From: Candidatus Saccharimonadota bacterium
Lineage (GTDB): Bacteria; Patescibacteriota; Microgenomatia; UBA1406; GWC2-37-13
Direction: 5' to 3'
Assembly (NCBI GenBank): GCA_016699265.1
Contig: CP064967.1
Coordinates: 1 to 32,000 of the forward strand
DNA length: 32,000 nt
Part shown: one piece after another, positions 1-8,013 of the stretch
Layout: every line of letters starts with the position of its first letter
Position numbering within the stretch: the stretch's first letter is position 1
Translations under genes and position numbers: made by a program
Notes under the pieces: generated by a model
Seen by the model: only the letters and a program-made list of their open reading frames with translations
Told to the model about the DNA's origin: nothing
Database searches by the model: none

Positions 1-70
1 AGAGAGCCAAAGAAAAGTAAAATAACCATATGATGCACCAAGCGCGAGTCCTACCAAAGCATTTTCCCAA
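1..70 (-). CDS. possible 5' end of a gene running off the left edge (start and frame uncertain)
   Basis: AGGAGG (complement of 79-84) lies 8 nt upstream of a TTG (complement of 68-70). That TTG opens a stop-free hydrophobic frame (GKCFGRTRAWCIIWLFYFSLAL) to the window edge. An ATG at 29 in another frame is an alternative. Too short to identify. Confidence 0.25.
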   Translation of the reverse strand, partial: MGKCFGRTRAWCIIWLFYFSLAL

Positions 71-199
71 AGGTTGAGCCTCCTAATTAAAAAATAGATA
101 AAGAAGCCCGAGCAGTATACGAGAAATCTCGTCGATTCATTTACTCCCTGCGAAAGACATACGGATGCCGCAATAAACAACAGAAAACTATAGAAGTAA

Positions 200-1132
200 T
201 CAGTTCTTTTTGAGGCCAAATAACGAAGGAAGTTCATAGGTTCGAGTCGAACTTATAAAGTGCATGAGAGTAAGAATGAGAAAGAGGTTGTAGCTAAACA
301 AATGGATTAGGATTGGTTGCTGAGTGGCCCTCATCGTCAGGAAGAGACCCACAATAAGAACGTTGCTCAAAGCTACTACCGATAAGTATCCCACCCTCTT
401 ATGAAGAATCGACTTTGCCTTTGGCTCAATAGATTTTATCTTAAGGAAATAGTGAAAATAATATACGAGATAGTGGTAGATGCCCATAAAAGTAAGTACG
501 AGGAGGTGCTGCGCTATAAATTGAACACCCGAAAAGTAGATGAGGAACGATGCCGTTACGAGAAAGAGAAAGAAATAGTCTGGGGATGCCCATGATTGTC
601 TACCCGTTTCCTTTTCTCGAGCGATGAGAAGTAAAAATACAAAGGATACGAGAAAGAAGACCCAAGAGTACTCGAATGCAAACTGCCATCTAAGATGAAG
701 TCCGGTAAGCGCCGACATGAGGCTGAATATTTGTAGTTTTTGTACTTTTGAATAGTTGGGGCTAAAGAAGTTGAGGGTAAACTGATCGTCAGCAGCCACG
801 TGATAAATCGCATAGAGAGTTGTGACTAAAAGAAGCGACTCGAGTCGAAAGTCCGGAAAGTTAATGCGATAAAAATATGCAAATATTCCAGCAGACACTG
901 CGACAAAAATTAGAAAGTTTTTCAAACGAATTTTACGTGAAACAAGTTTGTAAAAATATGCGAGCATAAAATGACTTTGTCCGAGCACGATAGCAAGCAT
1001 CATGAAGTTGTAACCAGGCTTAAAGTATATGAAGGCAGCGAGAGTAATTACAAAGGCGGAAAGTTTTTGAAGAATGAGCGTATTGATAAGCTTTGAGTCC
1101 ATGATGATCTCTAGTATACCCGATTCGCTCAA
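200..1132 (-). CDS. polytopic membrane protein, unknown function
   Basis: 310-aa ORF with many hydrophobic segments. Its start lies 3 nt downstream of the dnaB stop, so it is probably co-transcribed. No motif I can name. Confidence 0.6.
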   Translation of the reverse strand: MSESGILEIIMDSKLINTLILQKLSAFVITLAAFIYFKPGYNFMMLAIVLGQSHFMLAYFYKLVSRKIRLKNFLIFVAVSAGIFAYFYRINFPDFRLESLLLVTTLYAIYHVAADDQFTLNFFSPNYSKVQKLQIFSLMSALTGLHLRWQFAFEYSWVFFLVSFVFLLLIAREKETGRQSWASPDYFFLFLVTASFLIYFSGVQFIAQHLLVLTFMGIYHYLVYYFHYFLKIKSIEPKAKSILHKRVGYLSVVALSNVLIVGLFLTMRATQQPILIHLFSYNLFLILTLMHFISSTRTYELPSLFGLKKN

Positions 1133-1135
1133 AAC

Positions 1136-2479
1136 CTAAATAGCGTTTTTATCAACACTGTAGAACTTAACTCTGTCGCCACGGAACATAAGATCGATCT
1201 CACCCGTTGCGCCGTTTCGGTGTTTTGCGATGTAGAGTTTAATGAGTCGTTTGCTTTGATCAAGTAGATCCTCGTTGTCATCCTCGTAGTATAGGAAGGC
1301 CACAATGTCTGCGTCCTGCTCAATCGATCCTGACTCTCGAAGATCCGAGAGCTGTGGTTTTTTGCTTCCGCGTTGTTCAACAGCACGAGATAACTGCGAT
1401 AGTGCAATAACTGGCACCTTAAGTTCGCGCGCCAAGTTCTTTAGTCCCTGTGAAATCATAGAGACCTCGGTCACGCGAGAATCAAATCGTCGTCCAGCAT
1501 CTGCAAGCTGCAGGTAGTCCACAATAATTAATTTTACATCACGCTCGATCTTGAGTTTTCGCGCCTTTGTTCTCATCTCGAGAATAGTTGCTCCTGGAGT
1601 ATCATCGATAAAAATTGGAGCCTCTGCTAAATCACCCATAGCATCTGTTAGTTTTTTATAGTCTTCATCAGAGAGTCTTCCGGTCTTCAGTTTCCATGCG
1701 TCGATATCAGCGTGACCTACCAATAAACGATCCACCAACTCCTCCTTACTCATCTCGAGTGAGAAAAAACCAACCGCTTTCTTTTCTTTAAGTGCAACAT
1801 TTAGGGCTATGTTAAGGGCCAAAGTAGTTTTACCAATACCCGGTCTTGCCGCTAGAACGATAAGGTTGGAGTCCTGAAGTCCTGCAAGTTTATTATCGAG
1901 ATCGATATATCCGGTTGGAAGACCGCGGTGTTGGACTCCCTTTTTAAGGAATTCTTCGAGTCTCTCGAAGCTCTCAGCTAAAACTTCCTTAAGCTCGACA
2001 AAGTCCTGATGGAGATGCTCCTGAGCAAGGGCAAAGATCTCTTTCTCTGCCTCATCAAGTAATTTTTTCGTATCACCTGAGTCGTCAGACGCTTTTTGAA
2101 TAGTACGTGAGGAGAATGAAATTAACTTACGTTTTGTGTAATGGTCTTTAACAATTCTGCCATAGTGTTCGATGTAGGCAGATGTGGGAACAGTGTTTAT
2201 TAGGTCGGAGAGGTACGAGGTGCCGCCGATATCTTTGAGTTTACCCTCCTTTTTAAGTTGATTCTGAAGGGTGATAACGTCGATTGGTTGTTGCTTTTCA
2301 AAAAGAGAAAGCATGGCAGCGTAGACGTTTTGATTTTCTTGGGAGTAGAAGTGCTCGACTCGAAGGAACTCGACAACAAGGTTCATTGAGGATGCGTCTA
2401 CTAAAACCGCACCAAGAACCGATTTTTCGGCCTGCAGATCTTGTGGAGGTACCTTGAGTGTATCGCTAGTAACTGCCAT
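1136..2479 (-). CDS. dnaB: replicative DNA helicase DnaB
   Basis: 447 aa. N-terminal DnaB domain (PPQDLQAEKSVLGA), Walker A (AARPGIGKTT), SLEMS, Walker B-like IIVDYLQL, SQLSR. Normal length, no intein. Confidence 0.95.
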   Translation of the reverse strand: MAVTSDTLKVPPQDLQAEKSVLGAVLVDASSMNLVVEFLRVEHFYSQENQNVYAAMLSLFEKQQPIDVITLQNQLKKEGKLKDIGGTSYLSDLINTVPTSAYIEHYGRIVKDHYTKRKLISFSSRTIQKASDDSGDTKKLLDEAEKEIFALAQEHLHQDFVELKEVLAESFERLEEFLKKGVQHRGLPTGYIDLDNKLAGLQDSNLIVLAARPGIGKTTLALNIALNVALKEKKAVGFFSLEMSKEELVDRLLVGHADIDAWKLKTGRLSDEDYKKLTDAMGDLAEAPIFIDDTPGATILEMRTKARKLKIERDVKLIIVDYLQLADAGRRFDSRVTEVSMISQGLKNLARELKVPVIALSQLSRAVEQRGSKKPQLSDLRESGSIEQDADIVAFLYYEDDNEDLLDQSKRLIKLYIAKHRNGATGEIDLMFRGDRVKFYSVDKNAI

Positions 2480-2491
2480 AGTAATAAATTT

Positions 2492-2527
2492 CTAATTATC
2501 CTAATTGCCCTAATTAACCTAAATAAA
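2492..2527. repeat. four tandem 9-nt units CTAATTATC / CTAATTGCC / CTAATTAAC / CTAAATAAA between the four-helix-bundle gene stop and the dnaB start
   Basis: Read directly from the sequence. The third unit is part of the 13-nt inverted repeat CTAATTAACCTAA (2510-2522). Confidence 0.85.
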
Positions 2528-2567
2528 TCCCAAAAACGAATTTCTAAATAATATAGGGATACATATT

Positions 2568-2930
2568 TTACTGCACTTTCCTATAAATAGCGTTGAAGAT
2601 CAGATTCAACTCCTTTGCTTCTTGCCAGAGGAGTCTAATCTCAGTTTCCATCTCTGGTACTGCGAGAATAAACATTCTTAAGAAGTGTTTGGTCTCTCTT
2701 GCCTCTTTTTTGCAAATTCCTATTTTATGTCTAAAGTCCTGTTTGCTCTCTGCATCGTCAGCCTCTGAATAGTTGGCTCCGACACTTGTGCCAGATCTTA
2801 CAAGTTGGTTTATGAGAGGGCTGGTAATCGGATTTCTCGGAACTTTTTTACAAAATTCAATAATAGACTCACCGAATTTAGCAGTTCTTTCTTCTAGATC
2901 GAATTTTTTACTACTCAATGTTTGTGACAT
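2568..2930 (-). CDS. four-helix-bundle protein (23S rRNA intervening-sequence protein / Avd family)
   Basis: 120 aa. Typical family signature: RSGTSVGANYSEA ... FRHKIGICKKEARETKHFL. Confidence 0.85.
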   Translation of the reverse strand: MSQTLSSKKFDLEERTAKFGESIIEFCKKVPRNPITSPLINQLVRSGTSVGANYSEADDAESKQDFRHKIGICKKEARETKHFLRMFILAVPEMETEIRLLWQEAKELNLIFNAIYRKVQ

Positions 2931-2933
2931 TGA

Positions 2934-2970
2934 TTAGGTTAATTAGATATTAGAGTGCTTAGGTTAATTG
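2934..2970. repeat. two copies of TTAGGTTAATT(AG) directly upstream of the four-helix-bundle start, inverted relative to 2510-2522
   Basis: 2934-2946 TTAGGTTAATTAG is the exact reverse complement of 2510-2522. 2959-2969 repeats TTAGGTTAATT. Confidence 0.85.
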
Positions 2971-3617
2971 CTGATTTTTAACAAAATCAGTTTGGTTTCT
3001 TCAGGGACATCGTCCTTTTTCATGTTTAGCACATCTAGTGTTTCTGCAGGCGCTGAGCCATAGACCTTTATAAACTCGTCCAGTCCGGTGAGTTCACCGA
3101 AAGCTTTTTGATCGAGACCCTCGTGGTTGTAGTGCATAGGGATTACGATTGCTGGTTCAATTTTATGAACTACACTTAATGCCTCAGCAGAGTTAATTGT
3201 GTAGTGACCACCGACCGGAATAAGAAGAATGTCGACGTCGCCAATCTCTTCGACAAGATCATCGGTCAATGTATGACCGAGATCTCCGCAATGGAGAATC
3301 GAGATATCATCAGCCTCTATTTTATAGATGATATTCTCACCTCGTTGTGCGCCTTTCTCTTTGTCGTGAAAGGTTGAGTATCCCGTGATTCGAACGCCCA
3401 TTTTTTCATACTCTCCTGGCCAGTCCACAACAAGCGCTTCGGCAGAGACCCCTGCAGAGTGGTTGTGATCAGCATGACCATGGGACATCGTCACAATGTC
3501 AGCTTCCTGTTTGGGAAACTTAAGACCTACAGCTTTAGGATCGAACGGGTCGGTAACGACCTTTGCATCTTTAGACTTAATAAGAAATGAGGAGTGGCCG
3601 AGGTATTTGAGCTGCAT
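2964..3617 (-). CDS. MBL-fold metal-dependent hydrolase (UPF0173-like)
   Basis: 217 aa. MQLKYLGHSSFLI start, HGHADHNH metal motif, later HCGDLGH. Confidence 0.8.
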   Translation of the reverse strand: MQLKYLGHSSFLIKSKDAKVVTDPFDPKAVGLKFPKQEADIVTMSHGHADHNHSAGVSAEALVVDWPGEYEKMGVRITGYSTFHDKEKGAQRGENIIYKIEADDISILHCGDLGHTLTDDLVEEIGDVDILLIPVGGHYTINSAEALSVVHKIEPAIVIPMHYNHEGLDQKAFGELTGLDEFIKVYGSAPAETLDVLNMKKDDVPEETKLILLKISN

Positions 3618-3720
3618 AGTGAACTAAGGATAGCAAAATTACACTGACTTTACAATTTGGACTTCACTGAGCTCTATGATTGAATTTGCAGACGCCATTT
3701 GATAGCATGTGCACACTCAC

Positions 3721-4734
3721 ATGAGAACAGAAAGCTCTTTTCAATTTAGGCCCGATATAGAAAAAATCGGTTCTCTTCCAGATCACTTAGTTTTATTAAG
3801 TGGTAACTCGAATAGGGGTCTTGCCGAGAGAGTTGGGAAAGAACTGGGGATGCATATTGGGTATCCGGTCCAGGCGCCTTTTGCCGATGGTGAAGCGAAC
3901 GTTCAGATTCCAGGAAATCTTCGAAATCGAGATGTCGCAATAATCCAGTCAACCTCTTTTCCTGCGGCGGCAAACATATGGGACCTTGCTCTTATCGCAG
4001 ATGCAGCACGCAAAGCATCGGGAAATAAAATTACCGCCGTTATTCCTTATTATGGCTATGGAAGACAGGACAGAAAAGATAGGCCGCGTGTCCCAATTTC
4101 TGCTGCTGTAGAAAGTACTGTTTTGGTTTCGAGCGGAGTAGATCATTTTGTAACAGTAGATCTTCATTCGGCACAAACTCAAAGTTCGGTTCCGAATCCT
4201 TGGGACGATCTCCCAGCGAAAAAAGTACTCATACCTCAAATAATGAAAATACATACCGATAATTTAGTGATAGTATCCCCTGATCTAGGAGGAGAACGAA
4301 GGGCTAGTCGGTATGCTCAAATTCTTGGATCAGACTATGCCACAATATCTAAGGGACGTAATCCAGAAGTTAAAAACAAAGCCACCCAGCACGGGATAAA
4401 TGGGAATGTCGAAGGGATGGATTGTGTACTCGTAGACGACATGATAGATACCGGAGGAACGCTAGTTGCCGCAGCGCAGCTATTAATTGCAAATGGAGCA
4501 ACGTCGGTAGCGGTAGCTGCCACCCACGGTGTTTTTTCAGACGGAGCTGTGCACAGACTCCATAACTCTCCGATTTCTCAAATTATTATCACAGACACCA
4601 TTCATCCAAGTAGGCGGGTTGGTGAAGCCATGCATAGATCTGGTAAATTTAGGAGAGTCACGGTGGCGCCGATTCTCGCTCATGCAATTTACTCAAACCA
4701 AACAGGTGATTCTTTAAGCGACGCGCTCTTTTAA
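3721..4734 (+). CDS. prs: ribose-phosphate pyrophosphokinase (PRPP synthetase)
   Basis: GNSNRGLAERV N-terminus, DLHSAQ, PRPP loop VLVDDMIDTGGTL. The ORF opens at a GTG at 3709 and the first ATG is 3721, so the start is uncertain. Confidence 0.9.
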   Translation: MRTESSFQFRPDIEKIGSLPDHLVLLSGNSNRGLAERVGKELGMHIGYPVQAPFADGEANVQIPGNLRNRDVAIIQSTSFPAAANIWDLALIADAARKASGNKITAVIPYYGYGRQDRKDRPRVPISAAVESTVLVSSGVDHFVTVDLHSAQTQSSVPNPWDDLPAKKVLIPQIMKIHTDNLVIVSPDLGGERRASRYAQILGSDYATISKGRNPEVKNKATQHGINGNVEGMDCVLVDDMIDTGGTLVAAAQLLIANGATSVAVAATHGVFSDGAVHRLHNSPISQIIITDTIHPSRRVGEAMHRSGKFRRVTVAPILAHAIYSNQTGDSLSDALF

Positions 4735-4758
4735 GATCTATTTACAGATCTGTTTTTT
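4734..4758 (+). terminator. candidate intrinsic terminator of prs
   Basis: AGATCT (4734-4739), 6-nt loop, AGATCT (4746-4751), then G plus T6. It overlaps the 3' codons of the convergent small gene. Confidence 0.45.
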
Positions 4759-5031
4759 GATTTCTTCTTGTTTATTTTTCGGTAGTTTATTGTACTGATC
4801 GATCACTGGCTTAGTGGCTTCTTTAAAGACTATCATCCCAAGGAAAGACGTAGACTTAGAGACTTGATCTGTAGCAACCTTTGTTGCGGTGCCGAGTACG
4901 TTATCGGTGAGTTTTTTGGTCTGCGGACTGTTTTTAGAAAGGAAGGTGGAGCCATAGGTTTGGTAGAGATAAAATGCGCCCGCAACAATGAGTACGAGGA
5001 AAAAGATCTTTTTTAAAACCCAACCAACCAT
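4738..5031 (-). CDS. small N-terminally membrane-anchored protein, unknown function
   Basis: The 155-aa ORF is trimmed to the internal Met (MVGWVLKKIFFLVLIVAGAF...) because its upstream part is the antisense of tRNA-His. TATACT (complement of 5038-5043) lies 6 nt upstream of this ATG. Confidence 0.5.
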   Translation of the reverse strand: MVGWVLKKIFFLVLIVAGAFYLYQTYGSTFLSKNSPQTKKLTDNVLGTATKVATDQVSKSTSFLGMIVFKEATKPVIDQYNKLPKNKQEEIKKQICK

Positions 5032-5122
5032 ATCTATAGTATATATAGAAATAGTAGTCCTTGTGTGGTAACGGACTGTCGAGTAGAGAAAAGTCATCAA
5101 AATTGATAAAATAGACCTATCT

Positions 5123-5199
5123 GGCGGTCGTAGCTCAGCTGGTAGAGCATCAGATTGTGGATCTGAATGTCGCGGGTTCGAGCCCCGTCGATCGCCCCA
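5123..5199 (+). tRNA. tRNA-His (anticodon GTG) with encoded G-1 and 3' CCA
   Basis: Hand-folded. Acceptor GCGGTCG/CGATCGC, D arm GCTC..GAGC, anticodon stem TCAGA/TCTGA with loop TTGTGGA, T arm GCGGG-TTCGAGC-CCCGT. G-1 (5123) lies opposite C73 (5196). CCA at 5197-5199. Confidence 0.9.
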
Positions 5200-5215
5200 C
5201 GTCAAACGCGGCTTC

Positions 5216-5232
5216 GCCGAGTCTGACTCGGC
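5216..5232 (+). other. GC-rich hairpin just after tRNA-His, within a direct repeat of CGGCTTCGCC
   Basis: GCCGAGTC-T-GACTCGGC. CGGCTTCGCC occurs at 5209-5218 and 5229-5238. No T-run, so a processing or terminator role is a guess. Confidence 0.3.
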
Positions 5233-5251
5233 TTCGCCACAACAACAAACA

Positions 5252-6274
5252 ATGAAGTATAAACACGTAGTGCTGGGAGGAACCTTTGACCATCTTCATA
5301 TAGGGCACACTTCTCCATTACGGGTCGCATTCGAGATCGGCGAACAAGTGACGGTAGGACTCTCAACTTCAAAGCTCTACCAAAACAAACCACTTTGGCG
5401 AACGATTCAGCCTTATAAAGTCAGGAAGGCTAAGCTGCTATATGAAATCAAAACAAGATGGCCTAAAAGCATCGTAACAGTGGTACCAATTAATGATATG
5501 TTTGGGCCATCTATCTCTAATTCTGAGTTTGATGCAATTGTCGTTACCGAGCCACTCGCTGCGAAAGCAGAATTAGTAAATGAAAAAAGGGTGAAGAACG
5601 GTCTAAAAAAACTTGAGGTGATTCTTGCTCCGCAGATAGAAGCAGATGACGGTAGCGAAATGAGTTCGAGCAGGATACGTATGGGAGAGATCGATAAACT
5701 CGGATTCACATACACCGACTTATTCAAGAGGACTCTTCATTTACCAATATTATTAAGATCCGAGCTTCGTAAGCCTTTGGGGATAGTTATAAAAGGGTCC
5801 GAAAGAGAGCTTTCAGAAGCTGCGAGTAAGGCGAGTAGATTGCTTATAAATAAAGAGATACCGCTTAGCGTTGCTGTTGGAGATGTCGTGTGTTCTTCCC
5901 TCGAGAAAGTTGGATTCATCCCAGACATTAAAATAGTCGACTTCAAAACTCGGAGGAAAGCACTTGTAATGTCCGAAAAGAATATTATTTTCGATGTAAA
6001 AAATAACTCGGGAACAGTGGACGCAAAGGCGGCTAACTTTATTTCAGAACGTATTATGAAAGCTATAAAGAGTGAAACAAAATTTGAAATACGGGTAGAT
6101 GGAGAAGAGGATTTGTTAGTTTTGCCGGCTGTTCTCTGCGCTCCGCTTGAGTCTGTAATCTTTTATGGTCAGCAAAAGTTGGGAATAGTTATGATTATAG
6201 TGACAGAGGAGATAAAGCAAAAGATGAAAGCACTCATAAGGTGCTTCAAGGTAGGAGAGAGTGCTTTAATCTGA
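5252..6274 (+). CDS. fusion of an archaeal-type phosphopantetheine adenylyltransferase with a DUF359 domain (GTP-dependent dephospho-CoA kinase family)
   Basis: N-terminal half: GGTFDHLHIGH nucleotidyltransferase motif and SSSRIRMGEID. C-terminal half: LRKPLG, VGDVV, IVDFKTRR, VDGEEDLLVLPAVLCAP, YGQQKLGIV, as in DUF359/UPF0218. Confidence 0.7.
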   Translation: MKYKHVVLGGTFDHLHIGHTSPLRVAFEIGEQVTVGLSTSKLYQNKPLWRTIQPYKVRKAKLLYEIKTRWPKSIVTVVPINDMFGPSISNSEFDAIVVTEPLAAKAELVNEKRVKNGLKKLEVILAPQIEADDGSEMSSSRIRMGEIDKLGFTYTDLFKRTLHLPILLRSELRKPLGIVIKGSERELSEAASKASRLLINKEIPLSVAVGDVVCSSLEKVGFIPDIKIVDFKTRRKALVMSEKNIIFDVKNNSGTVDAKAANFISERIMKAIKSETKFEIRVDGEEDLLVLPAVLCAPLESVIFYGQQKLGIVMIIVTEEIKQKMKALIRCFKVGESALI

Positions 6275-6293
6275 TAAAATGGAAGATTAACTC

Positions 6294-6364
6294 GCCCGGA
6301 TAGTTAAGTGGCAAAATAAGCCCTTGGTAAGGGCTAGGCACGGGTTCGATTCCCGTTCCGGGCT
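6294..6364 (+). tRNA. tRNA-Thr (anticodon GGT), CCA not encoded
   Basis: Hand-folded. Acceptor GCCCGGA/TCCGGGC, anticodon stem AGCCC/GGGCT with loop TTGGTAA, T arm ACGGG-TTCGATT-CCCGT. Weak 3-bp D stem. The last base overlaps the stop codon of the convergent PBP gene. Confidence 0.85.
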
Positions 6365-8013
6365 CATCTTTCTTCGAAGTAAGTATTCAGAAGCTCCTTT
6401 GCAATTGGCGCTGCTATATCCGAACCTTGCCCTCCATTTTCTACCAATACCGTAAGAACTATCTCGGGTTTTTCATATGGAGCAAAGATGGTGAACCACG
6501 CATGTGGCTCTGGAGAACTATAACCGTGTGCCTCTGCGGTTCCGGTTTTACACCCAACATTTATCCTCTTGCCGTTTACTTTATACTCAAAAAAAGGCCA
6601 ACCAGTACCGCCGGTGTCACAGGCCTGCCTCATCCCCTCGCGTATAACCTTGATAGTATCGCTGGAGACCGACATCTTTAAGCAGTTTGATTTGTCATCT
6701 TGGCTAAGTAGAGGATCGCATAGATATCCTCCATTTGCGAAGACGGCGGTAGCCTGAGCAATTTGTATCGGAGTAGTGAGAACATAGCCCTGACCAATAG
6801 AGAGATTGTAAGTGTCGCCCAGATACCACTGTTCTTTTAGAATTTCTTCCTTCCAGAACTGTGAAGGAATTAGGCCTTCAGACTGAGAAAACGGAAATTT
6901 AGTTACTCTCCCTAGCCCAAATCTTTCTGCCCATTTTTTTATGTTTTCAACCCCGAGCCGTTCCCCAGCTTTATAAAAATATATATCATTGGAGCGTTTA
7001 ATAGCCTTAACCATATCAACCTCCCCCTCGGTCTTTCCATACTGCAAAAAGTACCAGTTTCCAAACTTAAGTGGACCGGCGGTTATCTGCCCTGTGTCTT
7101 CTATGATGGTGTCTGACTTCATCGCTTTTTCCTCAAGAGCGCCTGTTGCAATAAATAATTTAAAGATTGAGCCTGGAGGGTATACTCCCTCAGTCACTCT
7201 ATTGAAGAGAGGTTGTTTTTTATCTGTTAGGTAGGTTGTTATTTTCTCCGAATTTTTCTTATAGAAATCGTTTGGATCAAAGGATGGATTTGAGTAAAGG
7301 AGTAGCGTCTTTCCAGTCTTAGGTTCAAGAGCGACTACAGCAGCCTTTGTAAGAAGTTCCTTTTTGGGAAAGCCTGCGCTTTGGGAGCTAAGGTTCTCAG
7401 TGAATAAATCCGAGGCTCTTTCTTGAAGTTTTTGATCAATAGTGAGTTGGACGGTTTGACCGTCGATAGGTTCAATCTGACCTAGTACCTTTAGTTGTTT
7501 TCCTTCTGCATTTAATTCGAGAAGCTTGCGACCATTTACACCTCTAAGCTTACAGTCGTATAGCTTTTCTACTCCTTTTTTCCCCGTCGAATCTCCAAGT
7601 CGCAATTTATTGAGACAGAGATCATTGGTGAGAGCATTTTTATCAGCAAGTTGAGTATAGCCAAGTATATGGCCCAAAGAACTACCATAGACAGTAGATC
7701 GTAAAGAGGTAAACCTATCTTTTACCAAACCGCTTATCGGCGATTGACTACTTGACATAACTATCCCTTTGCGATCAAGAATTACACCTCTTTTTGCCTC
7801 AATTACAAGCTCCTTAATTCGATTTTCTTCCGAAAGTCTTCTGTAGTAATTTCCTTTTACAACGGTCAGCTGGAATAACCTAACCGTCAGGATAAGGAAC
7901 AGACCGGCACTTAGAATTAAAAACAAAGTCAGAGAGGGAATGCGAGATTGATTCGATCCAAATCTCATTCCATGATCTTTGCCCGCTTTTTCTATGATTG
8001 GTAGTTTGTTCAT
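6364..8013 (-). CDS. class B penicillin-binding protein (PBP2/FtsI-type transpeptidase)
   Basis: SxxK (GSIFK), SxN (SND), KTG (KTGT), N-terminal membrane anchor. Start set at MNKLPIIEK, whose ATG overlaps the upstream gene's stop as ATGA (8010-8013). The ORF is open up to 8079. Confidence 0.9.
   Translation of the reverse strand: MNKLPIIEKAGKDHGMRFGSNQSRIPSLTLFLILSAGLFLILTVRLFQLTVVKGNYYRRLSEENRIKELVIEAKRGVILDRKGIVMSSSQSPISGLVKDRFTSLRSTVYGSSLGHILGYTQLADKNALTNDLCLNKLRLGDSTGKKGVEKLYDCKLRGVNGRKLLELNAEGKQLKVLGQIEPIDGQTVQLTIDQKLQERASDLFTENLSSQSAGFPKKELLTKAAVVALEPKTGKTLLLYSNPSFDPNDFYKKNSEKITTYLTDKKQPLFNRVTEGVYPPGSIFKLFIATGALEEKAMKSDTIIEDTGQITAGPLKFGNWYFLQYGKTEGEVDMVKAIKRSNDIYFYKAGERLGVENIKKWAERFGLGRVTKFPFSQSEGLIPSQFWKEEILKEQWYLGDTYNLSIGQGYVLTTPIQIAQATAVFANGGYLCDPLLSQDDKSNCLKMSVSSDTIKVIREGMRQACDTGGTGWPFFEYKVNGKRINVGCKTGTAEAHGYSSPEPHAWFTIFAPYEKPEIVLTVLVENGGQGSDIAAPIAKELLNTYFEER

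Noticed and set aside
2492-2527. 9-nt tandem repeats upstream of dnaB as DnaA boxes or a replication origin
   Set aside because: The units (CTAATTNNC) do not resemble TTATCCACA. There is no dnaA or dnaN nearby, and no AT-rich unwinding element distinct from the background.
2568-2930. The four-helix-bundle gene as the Avd subunit of a diversity-generating retroelement
   Set aside because: There is no reverse transcriptase gene and no template/variable repeat pair anywhere in the 32 kb. Family membership alone is insufficient.
2934-2946. TTAGGTTAATTAG as a DtxR/IdeR-type operator for the MntR encoded at 10512
   Set aside because: Only the first 8 nt match the left half-site of TTAGGTTAGCCTAACCTAA. 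There is no 19-bp palindrome, and the genes involved (four-helix-bundle gene, dnaB) are not metal-related. The match is probably coincidental in AT-rich DNA.
4738-5205. Full 155-aa ORF on the minus strand, and the 63-aa ORF at 5202-5393
   Set aside because: The upstream 58 codons of the 155-aa ORF are simply the antisense of tRNA-His (5123-5199). Only the part from Met 5031 is kept. The 5202-5393 ORF is antisense to the PPAT gene start and the spacer.
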